Source: Octopus sinensis (lineage: Eukaryota). From it: a stretch of DNA of 64,000 bases. The notes beneath the pieces were generated by a model, which ran no database searches, had not been told where the DNA came from, and worked only from the letters and a program-made list of their open reading frames with translations. Shown one piece after another: positions 12,152 through 22,460 of this stretch. Position 1 is the first letter of the stretch. Every line of letters begins with the position of its first letter. The DNA is taken from the NCBI RefSeq assembly GCF_006345805.1, contig NC_043011.1, positions 26,920,464-26,984,463 of the forward strand, written 5' to 3'. A program made the position numbers and the translations under genes.

Positions 12152-12541
12152 TACTCTTTTACTTGTTTCAGTCATTTGACTGCGGCCATGCTGGAGCACG
12201 ACTTTTAATCGAGCAAATCAACCCCAGGACTTATTCTTTGAAAGCCTAGTACTTATTCTATCAGTCTCTTTTGCCGAACCGCTAAGTTATGAGGATGTAA
12301 ACACACCAGCATCAGTTGTCAAGCGATGTTGGGGGGACAAACACAGACACACAAACACATACACGCACATATATATACATATACATATATACGACAGGCT
12401 TCTTTCAGTTTCCACTCACAAGGTTTTGGTCAGCCCGAGGCTATAGTAGAAGACACTTGCCCAAGGTGCCACGCAGTGGGACTGAACCCGGAACCATGTG
12501 GTTGGTAAGCAAGCTACTTACCACACAGCCACTCCTGCACC
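12152..12541 (-). mobile_element. SINE A, full length
   Basis: Complete reverse copy from TACTCTTTTACTTGTTTCAG to CACAGCCACTCCTGCACC. Confidence 0.9.
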
Positions 12542-12569
12542 TTATTAATAATAATAATAATAATAACAA

Positions 12570-12743
12570 TCTTCTGAAATTTTGGGGGATTGAGCCAGTT
12601 GATTACATCAACCCCAGTGTTCAACTGGTTCTTGATTTATTAATCATGAAAGAATGAAAGGCAAAGTCAGTCTCAGCAGAATTTGAAACTTGGAACATAG
12701 AGATGGATAAAATAATAATAATTCTGCCAGCTTGTTAATATTT

Positions 12744-12783
<40 letters not shown>

Positions 12784-12950
12784 TGTTTTTCTGATACACT
12801 GCAAGGCTTCAAATTTGAGGGAGAGGCTTAGTTTATTTAATCAATTCCCCAAGAACTTGACTGGTGTTTTTTATTTTATTAAACCCCAGAAAGATGGATG
12901 GTAAAGTGAACTCGATATGTAAAAATCTGCAACTAGATCCCACAAGGCAT
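12570..12950 (-). mobile_element. Two degenerate SINE B pieces separated by (AAT)n
   Basis: CCCCAGTGTTCAACTGG...GAATGAAAGGCAAAGTC...AATTTGAA and a second more decayed copy. Confidence 0.6.
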
Positions 12951-13060
12951 GTATACTAATTTTCAGACCTTGTGCCTTTCAGTTGCTGTATACATAGAAT
13001 TCACATGTATATATTTTGTATACACACACACACACACACATACTTGGATATATATATATA

Positions 13061-14328
13061 CAGGATTTGGATAAAATAATGGAGACACATTAAAATTTCA
13101 AACAAATTTATTTTAATATGGTGTAGGACTGCCTTAGGCAGTAATTATAGCTTGAATTCCACAAGTTATGGATTCATACAAAGTTTGAATTGTTTCTAAA
13201 GGAATTTTTATCCATTCTTCAGCTAAAACATTCTCCAGTTCTTGTAGTGATGATGGTGGAGGATATCGACTCCTTACTTGCTTTTCTAAAATGCACCAGA
13301 AATGTTCAATAATATTGAGATCTGGGGACTGTGGTGGCCATATAAGATGTTCAACTTCACTAGAATGTTCCTCCTGCTATTCAGTAACAAATTTAGCTGT
13401 GTGAATTGTGCATTATCATCCTGAAAGATTGTGTTTCCCTCTGGAAACAGTTCCACAATCATAGGATGAATTTGATCAGATAAAATGCTTAAATAGTCTT
13501 GACTATTAATTCTGCCATGAAGGGAAACCATTAGGCCTGCAGATTTCCAAGATATAGCCCCCCCCCCGATCATCACAGATCCTCCTCCATGTTTAACAGT
13601 TGAAAGAAGGCAGTTTGGGTCAAATGCTTCTTTTGGCTGTCTCCACACGTATACTCGGCTGGTGGTCGAAAATAAGGTGAAGGATGATTTGTCTGAGAAA
13701 ATAACATTCTTCCACTGCTCTAGGGACCAATTCTGTAGGTTTTTACTCCATCCTAAATGCTTTGCAACATTTGTTTTTGAAAGTAGTGGCTTGCAGCCCT
13801 CCTGTGAAATACGGCTTCATGCAGCTCCCAGTAAACAGTTTTTGTGGAAACTGGGTTCTCGAGGTGGTCATTAAGCTCTGCAATAATTTTGAGAGCTGTA
13901 CTTTTGTAATCCTTTCTAACAATTCGTGTAAGAGTCCGATGGTCTCTATCTGAAAGTTTTGGTTTTCTTCTGGAGTTTTGTTTCGACGAGGATGTTTTTC
14001 CCTCTTTCTCAAAGGCTGTCATTACTTTTGTGAAAGTACTTCTTGATACACCAAACATTTAATCTGTTTTTGTTATGCTAGCGCCTGCCATGTGAGCACC
14101 AACAATTTGACCTCTTTGAAAGTCCAATAGATCTGTCATTTCAATGAATTTTAATTACCTTTTTCTGATGATATCTGAAAAGAAACAGCAATTTTAGCAA
14201 AACATATTAAGCAACACTAATAATAAATCAAAAAACATAAAAATAAACAAGCTTTTGATGGTTTTATAGATATTTCAAAATTATGATGCTATGATGCTAG
14301 GTGTTTCCATTATTTTGTCCAACCCCTC
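13061..14328 (-). mobile_element. Full-length defective Tc1-family DNA transposon
   Basis: TIRs (CAGGATTTGGATAAAATAATGGAGACAC / GTGTTTCCATTATTTTGTCCAACCCCT), TA on the left. Minus-strand ORF pieces encode Tc1 HTH (FGVSRSTFTKVM..GKTSSSKQNSRRKPKLSDRD) and DDE region (TVKHGGGSVMI..IFQDDNA); frameshifted. Confidence 0.93.
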
Positions 14329-14429
14329 CCTTTATATGACCTCTTGAACTGGTAAGTTATATATACATGAGTATGTGTGTGTGTGTGTGTGTGTGTGTGC
14401 ATCTGAGTGTCTGTGTGTGCATGTGTGTG

Positions 14430-14645
14430 TCAATCCATTGTCTTCATCCAATTCAATGCTCTTACTGCTGCTGCTGCTACTACTACTACTACTGCAACTA
14501 CTTGTTTTTAACATAAGCACAATGCCAGAAATGTTGGGGTTAATCATTTTGTTCAACTGGTATCTTATTCTATGGACCCTGAAAAGTTGAAAGGCTGAAT
14601 GAATCTCAATGGGATTTGAATTCAGAATGTAAAAGGCTGGAACAA
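14430..14645 (-). mobile_element. Degenerate SINE B with (CTG/CTA)n
   Basis: TTCAACTGGTATCTTATT...GAAAAGTTGAAAGGC...ATTTGAATTCAGAATG. Confidence 0.5.
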
Positions 14646-15124
14646 ATATATACCATTTAAATATTACAAAGCTTAACTGGGGCTTCAATAAGAATGTAAA
14701 CACATTCTTTCTTTACTATTGATGTACTGAAAATAAAAAAAAAAAAGGAGGGAAGTAGTCTCCTGAAAGACTGTTTCGCAGTCTGTTGACTAATCCTCAG
14801 AGAAAACTCACCAAGTTTCCTTCCCCGATCAGTAGCATATATTGAGTGCAGCATATTTTATTACATATGTGTCAGAGAGAGAGAGAGAGAGCATGTTATT
14901 AGATTATTAGAAAACGGTAGGAAAGGTTAAAGAACTCTGTTGCCTGTGGCATAAAACCTGTCGACCTAGAGTGGATTAAATTCTCATCGCAAACTTCTCT
15001 TTAATGCTAAATGGAATATATTAAAATAATGATTGTTTCATGTTGCACCAATTTACTGCAGCCGGTTTCCAGCTGGCTTTCTATCAGAATGCGTAGCTGC
15101 ATCATGCATATAAATTCTGAACTT

Positions 15125-16060
15125 GCATTATATCGTCATTGTTCTCATCATTCTCCTTGTCATCATTATCAATACCATCATTAGTGCCATTGTTATCACG
15201 ATCGTGATCATTGTGTTCTTTTTCCTCCTCATTGTCACCCCTCCCCCACCATTGCCACCACCACCACCACCACCGCTGTTGCCGTCACCCCTCCCCCTAC
15301 ACACTACTATCACCATCATCATCATCATCACGATCATTTCCATCATAACCACCATTACCATCAATGATACTAGCCTCATCATCATCATTATCACCCCTCC
15401 CCCACCATTACCACCACTATTGCCACCATCACTATTGCCACCACCACCGTTGCCACCACCACCATTGCCACCACCAACATTGCCACCATCACCATTGCCA
15501 CCACCACCATTGCCACCACCACCATTGCCATCACCATTGCCACCATCACCATTGCCACCACCACCATCACCATTGCCACCACCACCATTGCCACCACCAA
15601 CATTACCACCATCACCATTGCCACCACCACCATTGCCACCATCACCATTGCTACCATCACCGTTGCCACCACCACCACCACCATTGCCACCACCAACATT
15701 GCCACCATCACCATTGCCACCACCACCATTGCCACCACCACCATTACAACCATCACCATTGCCACCACCATTGCTACCACCACCACCACCACCACCACCG
15801 CCGCCACCACCACCACTGCCACCACCACCACCGCTGTCACCCCCACCACTACCACCATCATCATCATGATCATTTCCATCATAACCACTATGGTTATCAA
15901 TGTTACCAGCCTCATCATCATCATTATCACCCCCCACCACTTCCCGTTATCATAATCATGATCACTGTCATCATTGTCAGCATTATCTTTAGTGAAATTT
16001 TCCCCCTCCTGCTCATTATTACCACCATCATCATCATTTTCATTATCATTGCTATGTGAC
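15125..16060. repeat. Compound (CCA/CAT)n triplet low-complexity tract with higher-order units
   Basis: Recurring CCACCACCATTGCCA units; flanking block at about 15320-15400 is repeated at about 15855-15940. Confidence 0.9.
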
Positions 16061-16184
16061 CAAGCTGAGACTCAATGTTTCTTTAGAACCCTATCCGGTG
16101 GATTGACCCCACTGATAGGACTATGTATTTTACGAATGTATTACACTTCGATACTTTAATTTAAAGTTTCAAACTGCTATTTAA

Positions 16185-16699
16185 CCCTTTGGCATTTAAT
16201 CTGGCCAGATCCAGCTGAAATATTATACCTGTTTTATGTTAAAACTGACACAATCCAACCCCTCACACCTACCCTACAGTGTCATTCTAAAAATATACAC
16301 ATAAAATAAAATAAATAAATGCGCCCTTTTAAAGCCTAGCCAGGCTCATGGGCCCTGTTTCCTGGTTTCAATGGCGCATGTGTTCCCCAGCTGGACGAGA
16401 CGCCAGTCCATCGCAGTGTTACTCATTTTTGCCAGCTGAGTGGACTGGAGCAACATGAAAAAAAGTTAGAAATGTAGCTCAAATAATGCTCAAGAACACA
16501 ACGCGTCGCCCGGTCCAGGAATCAAATCCATAATCTTACGATCATGATACTGACACCCTAACCACTAAGCCATGTGCCTCCACAAAAATATACACATACA
16601 TCATTGAAATCTTGAAGTTACAAGATAATGTCTGATTAATTCAAAACAATGGGAATAAATAAGAATTACATTTGACAAAGAAATCTGAATGTTCAAGGG
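16185..16699. mobile_element. piggyBac-like MITE interrupted by a SINE
   Basis: TTAA|CCCTTTGGCATT ... AATGTTCAAGGG|TTAC termini. Confidence 0.65.
16303..16583 (-). mobile_element. SINE C/D hybrid (V-like tail) with 14-bp TSD
   Basis: TSD AAAAATATACACAT at 16289-16302 and 16584-16597; tRNA head, TTGCTCCAGTCCACTCAGCTG core, CTGCGATGGACTGGCG V-like block, (TTTA)n tail. Confidence 0.85.
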
Positions 16700-16745
16700 T
16701 TACATATAGGACATGGGCAAATAACTCTGCATATTATAACCAAAG

Positions 16746-17262
16746 TGCAGGAGTGGCTGTGTGGTAAGTAGCTTGCGTACCAACCACATGGTTCTGGGTT
16801 CAGTCCTACTGCGTGACACATTGGGCAAGTGTCCTCTACTATAGCTTCGGGCTGACCAAAGCCTTGTGAATGGATTTGGTAGGCGGAAACTGAAAGAAGC
16901 CGTTCATATAAAAAAAAAGTGAAACCGGTCAAGTCAATAAACATCTTTAAAAGACCTCTGCGTTTTCAAACTCTCTTCCCTATATATTTTCACTCATGCA
17001 ATACCTTCCATCTGTAAATTTCAACTATATATATATGTTTTTATATATGTATATGTTTGTGTGTCTGTGTTTGTTCCTCCACCATCGCTTGATGACCGAT
17101 GTTGGTGTGTTTATGTCCCCATAACTTTATGGTTTGGTAAAAGAAACCAATAGAATAAGTACTAGGCTTACAAAGAATAAGTCCTGAGGTTGATTTGTTC
17201 GACTAAAGGTGGTGCCCCAGCATGGCCGCAGTCAAATGACTGAAACAAATAAAAGAATAAAA
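16746..17262 (+). mobile_element. SINE A with about 120-bp insertion in its central microsatellite
   Basis: Head 16746-16905, foreign segment about 16910-17030, tail 17030-17262. Confidence 0.8.
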
Positions 17263-17589
17263 GAATACGCCATCATATTTTCTAACATTTATTTTTATTT
17301 TATACTATTTGATTTTTTTATGTTGATTTTTTTTTATATTCTTGTTCCAGTTATAGGACTGTGCTCATGCCTTACAGGATTCAGTTGGACATATTCACGC
17401 TAGTACTTATTGTATTGAATCCTTTTGTTGAATTGCTAAGTTACAGAATGGTAAATAAACCAACATGCATGCACACACACACTCACACACATACAAACCT
17501 GTGCTACATAAAAAGCACTCGTGCTAATGCCACATAAGAGCACCCATGCCAGTGCTGCATACGAGCACCCAATACGCACTGTAAAATCT

Positions 17590-17945
17590 TATTGACCCTG
17601 AAAGAATGAAAGACAAAATTGGCTCTGACAGCATTTGAACTCAGAAGAGAAAGTCAGAATAAATGCTGCTAAGCACTTTGTCTGGTGTGCTAAAGTTTCT
17701 GCCAGCTCACTACCTTAATAATAATAATAATAATAATAATGATGATGATGATGCTTTTAAATTTTGGCACAAGGCCAGCAATTTTAGGAAACATTTAAGT
17801 CAATTACATTGGCTCCAGTGTTCAACTGGTACTTATTTTATTGACTTCAAAATAATGAAAGGCAAAATTGATCTTAGCAGAATTTGAATTCAGAATGTGG
17901 CTAAGCATTTTGTCTGGTGTGCTAATGGTTCTGCCAGCTCACTAC
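17590..17945 (-). mobile_element. Two tandem SINE B copies
   Basis: Twice GAAAG(A/G)CAAAATTG...ATTTGAA.TCAGAA...GCTAAGCA.TTTGTCTGGTGTGCTAA..TTCTGCCAGCTCACTACC. Confidence 0.75.
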
Positions 17946-17946
17946 C

Positions 17947-17961
17947 TTAATAATTATAATG

Positions 17962-17992
<31 letters not shown>

Positions 17993-18119
17993 TAATAATA
18001 ATAATAATAACAATAATAATAATAATAATAACAACAACAATAATAATAATGATAACAATAATAATAACAACAACAACAATAATAATAATGATAACAATAA
18101 TAATAACAACAACAACAAC

Positions 18120-18150
<31 letters not shown>
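17947..18150. repeat. (AAT)n/(AAC)n microsatellite
   Basis: Direct reading; source of the poly-N/I/Y ORFs in the track. Confidence 0.97.
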
Positions 18151-18388
18151 GTGGGTGCCAATCATACTAAACAGTCAAATGAATATTGTCAGTGAAAGCA
18201 CCAGTTTACTCAAAATGCATGGCCTTAATTTGTGAAAATATCTCAGTTTTCAGAATCTTCCAGTCTGTGTGCAGATGTGAAAACACTAAACCAAGAAACA
18301 AGCAAAGGAAAAATAAAGAAATCCAACTAATTCTACAACTGACTAATTAACAATGTCTCCAAATCATCTTCAATATTCTATTTTGCAG

Positions 18389-18609
18389 TGTCTAAAAGAC
18401 AATCACATTTATGGTCCAATTGAAGAATTGCTAACACTGGCTAATTTGCAACGTGACCAAATTAAAATTGAGCCAAAGAGAAGTCCAGCCAGTTCTGATG
18501 AAGAAACTGACTTTTTCCGTCCGGTTGCAGAAAAAGGCAGGAAACCAGCTCATGCCTTACTACCTGGAGACTATTCTGATGAAATCCCCGTACATGGTCC
18601 TGAACAAAA
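18389..18609 (+). CDS. Candidate internal coding exon (221 nt, phase 0 to 2), unknown protein
   Basis: Acceptor CAATATTCTATTTTGCAG|, donor AAAA|GTTAGT; open frame CLKDNHIYGPIEELLTLANLQRDQIKIEPKRSPASSDEETDFFRPVAEKGRKPAHALLPGDYSDEIPVHGPEQK in non-repetitive, GC-elevated sequence. Confidence 0.6.
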
Positions 18610-19799
18610 GTTAGTCTTTGACTTTTTCTTATATTGAGTTTTCAGATTTTCCATTTTATGGCTAAGAAAGTAATTAAGATTATTTAGAAATGGTATTTTA
18701 TATATAAAGATAGGTGTTTAGCAACATGGAGAAGTGAAACTCAAAAAATATCACGAGAAAGAATAAAAGCCAATAACCTTCAGACATTGATTCTGTTTGC
18801 ACAAACTACATATTTTTAGTGAGGCTGTACAGCTTATAATTGTAATTAAAGAGAGTGCTAATATACTCCATAGATGTTGATAAGATTGTATCCACAGGTT
18901 ATTGATATCTGCTAGATTAAATTTCCAAAATGTAGCGATAAAGGTCTACTGATATTAACTATATTGCCTGTCTGTAAGTAGTAGTTATTAACTAGACTAA
19001 AGTTTACACATGTCAAACTTATCAAAATTTTCATACTTCATAAATGTAGATTTGATGGTTTGTTCACAATTACTATTGTTGTTTAGCTTGGGTGTCTACA
19101 CATTACAGATATTAATTTAGTATGTTCAAAAGATGTTGAACTAGATTGGGCTTAACAGCTTAGTGATGTTGACTATGTGTGATGTTCTCAGTTCATAGAT
19201 ATTGACTAGGTATGGTGTTCATAGGTCGTTAACTAAACACGTTTAGTACATAGCTTACCTGCATATCAACCTGCTGAGATCTTCACCAGTCAAATGAAAA
19301 AGTTGGAACATTAGCCTACAGATGGTGAACAGGTGAATTGTCACCTGTATTACTTTAGGTGTCAGATGTTGATTGTAGTTAATGGCTGTCAAATAAATGA
19401 GTTTGATTGTAGTCAGACCATGTCAACGAGATGAGGTTAGCAATGGTAGCAGAAAGATATCAATCACATCACGATAATTGTAGGTGACATATGTCAACAA
19501 GATGAAGTGGATCAGAGCAGGCAACCAGATGAGATGCTAACCAAGTAGAAAATCAAAGCCTGCAACTTATTAATATTGACAATATAGACATGAGCTGGCA
19601 ATCCTCAGTTTACATGTATGAAACAGACAGGGAGACACACATCTTATGGATGATATCAGAAGCCATAAAAAATATTTCATATATTAACAGGATTATGTGT
19701 GGAAAATAAGTCTTTTGAAGACATTATTACCATATTATGTATTTTCATGCATATACAAGCTTAGTATGTAGCTTACTAATATTAACCTGCTGATATTAA

Positions 19800-19837
<38 letters not shown>

Positions 19838-19959
19838 TGACATTTGAATTCAAATTCAAAACTTAAATGTGTAGATAGAGGTTGACACATTATTCTTGCT
19901 GGTTGGGATACATGTAAGCCCCAAGATAAGGTCTTGTATTGATTTCTATCTATAGGAAT

Positions 19960-20023
19960 ATTCCCCTGATAGGATGAATGGGACCCTTAATAGGTTCCTA
20001 ACGTTGAAATTGTAATAGGGAAT
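19960..20023 (+). ncRNA. Degenerate hammerhead-like motif
   Basis: ATTCCC CTGATAG [stem GGGACC/GGTTCC] GAAAT TGTA ATA GGGAAT; core box mutated from CTGATGA. Confidence 0.4.
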
Positions 20024-20049
20024 TAACCATTTATTTTTTAGTTGTTGAT

Positions 20050-20600
20050 TCTATACACACACACACATATATATATATACACACATATACATACATACAC
20101 ATACATATACATACATACCCATACACACATACATATATACATATACATACATGCACATGTATACCCACACACACACATATATATATATATACACATACAC
20201 ATATATACATACATACACACATGCGCAGACATACATATATACACACATATATATAGAAATATACATATCTATACCTATACAATATACATACAAATACACT
20301 CATGCACACACACACACATATACATATATATATATATATGTACACACACACATAATTACATATACACATATATTCACATATACGCATATACATATACATG
20401 CACATATACATGTACTTTCCTATATACACACTCAAGCAAATACATATGCATGACAATATATCGATGGCATCAGATATAAATATTAAAAAAATAGCATATG
20501 TCTATGTATACAATCGCTTACATGCATTTACACAAACATATTTATTCAGATATACACATATACGTACACTTATAAAAGTATACGTACAAGTACAGATATA
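20050..20600. repeat. Mixed (TA)/(CA)/(TACA) microsatellite
   Basis: Direct reading. Confidence 0.95.
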
Positions 20601-20614
20601 CACACTTAATAAAA

Positions 20615-20880
20615 CTTCCTAAACACGTATTTAGAATAGTGTATACTAGATAGAACACTCTCACGTCTTTCATTAAGCAATTTCTTCTTAGATGTTAGTA
20701 TCTGATATAATTTATCTATACACCGGTTGCCTCTAGCATCATTAATTTTATATGATCTAGCACGACTAAGTATTTTCAAATTTATTTTGTAAGATTTCCT
20801 ACTACCCTTCAATTTCCAAATCAGTTTACTTAGACTTGTACTGTTAAATCTATCTCTATTCCTAGGACCAACATTTGAAA
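20615..20880 (-). mobile_element. Penelope-like element, C-terminal GIY-YIG-region fragment
   Basis: NSTSLSKLIWKLKGSRKSYKINLKILSRARSYK...LLNERRES parallels the C-terminus of the Penelope ORF at 50150-50436 (NTMTLAAYVWRLKD..NIRW). Confidence 0.75.
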
Positions 20881-21614
20881 TCAAACACCACATACCCACC
20901 ACCTACCTCTTCTGTGTGATTATCACACACTGAAGACTGGTAACTACCCAGAAACCCAGGTCTGTGTGAATCACATAAGGCTAGAGATGTGAGTGATGAC
21001 CTCCCCTAACAAATACTAATTGGACACAGACAGTGTATCATTAACCAGCTGGAGGAGATGTCTTCCTGGGGCTAAAAACAACAATATTGTCCTCTATGGG
21101 ACCTCCACATTTAGTGGGCAAATATATTTTATGATATATTTACATATATATGTATATTTATTTATATGTGTATTCACACACACACACACATATATACATA
21201 TATATACATACATATATGTGTGTGTCTGTGTGTGTGCACACACACACATACACATATATGCAGGGATTGCACAAAATAATGGAAGCACGTTGTGAAATGG
21301 AAATTTTACATCTGAATATGGTGTTGGTTCACCTTTGGCATCAATCCCAGTTCCAAGTTTTCAAGAAATTGACTCATACAATTGTTTGAAATGGTTGTTA
21401 GAAGCATTTTGTACCATTCAAGTAAAATTTGCTTTAGCTCTTTTAGCAATGATGGTGAAGGGAAGTAGCTCCTCACTTGCTGATCCAAAATGTGCTATAA
21501 GTGTTCAAATTTCAATTGAGATCTGATGATTGTGGGAGCCAACCCAAGAGGTCTACTTTACATTTCTGGTCTTTATATCAATTTTCAATAATGTTGAAAT
21601 CAAACTCAATGACT

Positions 21615-21915
21615 GGCATCCGTTGCTAGTGGAGCGCTAAGAGTACCATTCAAGTGAGATCGTGCCAGCGCAACACGCTGGCCTCTGTGCCGATGGCACA
21701 TTAAGCACACCATTTGAGCATGATCGTTACCGCATTGCCTTACTAGCACTTGTGCTGGTGGCATGTGAAACATTCGAGCGAGGTCATCGCCAGTGCCACT
21801 GGACTGGCTCCTGTGCAGGTGGCATGTAAAAAGCACCATTTGGGTATGGCTGTTGCCAGTACCACCAAACTGGCCCGCATGCCGGTGGCACGTAAAAAAC
21901 ACCCACTGGGTATGA
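21615..21915 (+). mobile_element. RTE 3' UTR fragment nested in Tc1 (duplicate at 23355-23655)
   Basis: GTGCAGGTGGCATGTAAAAAGCACC and GCCGGTGGCACGTAAAAAACACCCAC motifs as in the RTE 3' UTR at 26477-27300. Confidence 0.7.
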
Positions 21916-22189
21916 TCAGCGAAACTACTTAGATTATCCTTTGCGTTAACTCCGCCATGTACAACAGCTAAGAGGCCAAGAGAATTCCATGTATGATTGC
22001 CTAAATCATCACAAAACTATCATTGTGCTCTGTGGTAGGAGCCAAACTGTCAGAGTTGAACATTTCTTTGGGTTGTCTCCTGACATAGCATCACTCCAGA
22101 GATGGAGAAAGAAAATGATGATTGATCAGAGATGATATTGTTTTATTGAACCATTGATCACTTCTGATAGTTTTAGATACCATTTTTTT

Positions 22190-22460
22190 TTCCCAAAGTT
22201 AAAAGCCAGGAAAAAGAAACAAGATTATCTGACTGGCAAGGGAAGGCTTTACAGGGTAGTTTTCTAAAAATAGTGGCAGAAAATAGTAATAATGAGACAT
22301 GGTTGTAGTTGCAGAAAGGAAGGCTGAAAAGGGAGACAGAAAGTTTGTTAGTTGCAACACAAAATTAAGCCCTGAGGACGAATTGAGTAAAAGTCAAGAC
22401 AGACAAAAATCAGGTATAGATTCCTAGTGTAGGTTATGTAAATCAAATGTTAATGGCAAC
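22190..22460 (+). mobile_element. R4/Dong-like (RLE) LINE fragment (duplicate at 23930-24200)
   Basis: Translation with stops WQGKALQG...NETWL*LQKGRLKRETESLLVATQN*ALRTN*VK...CRLCK, typical of the region before the CCHC knuckle in RLE LINEs. Confidence 0.7.

Noticed and set aside
18565-19315. Minus-strand mini-exons (19259-19315, about 18565-18600; also 34780-34797 and about 5260-5325)
   Set aside because: Splice-like sites occur at about chance frequency, the peptides are unrecognisable, and one overlaps the better plus-strand exon.
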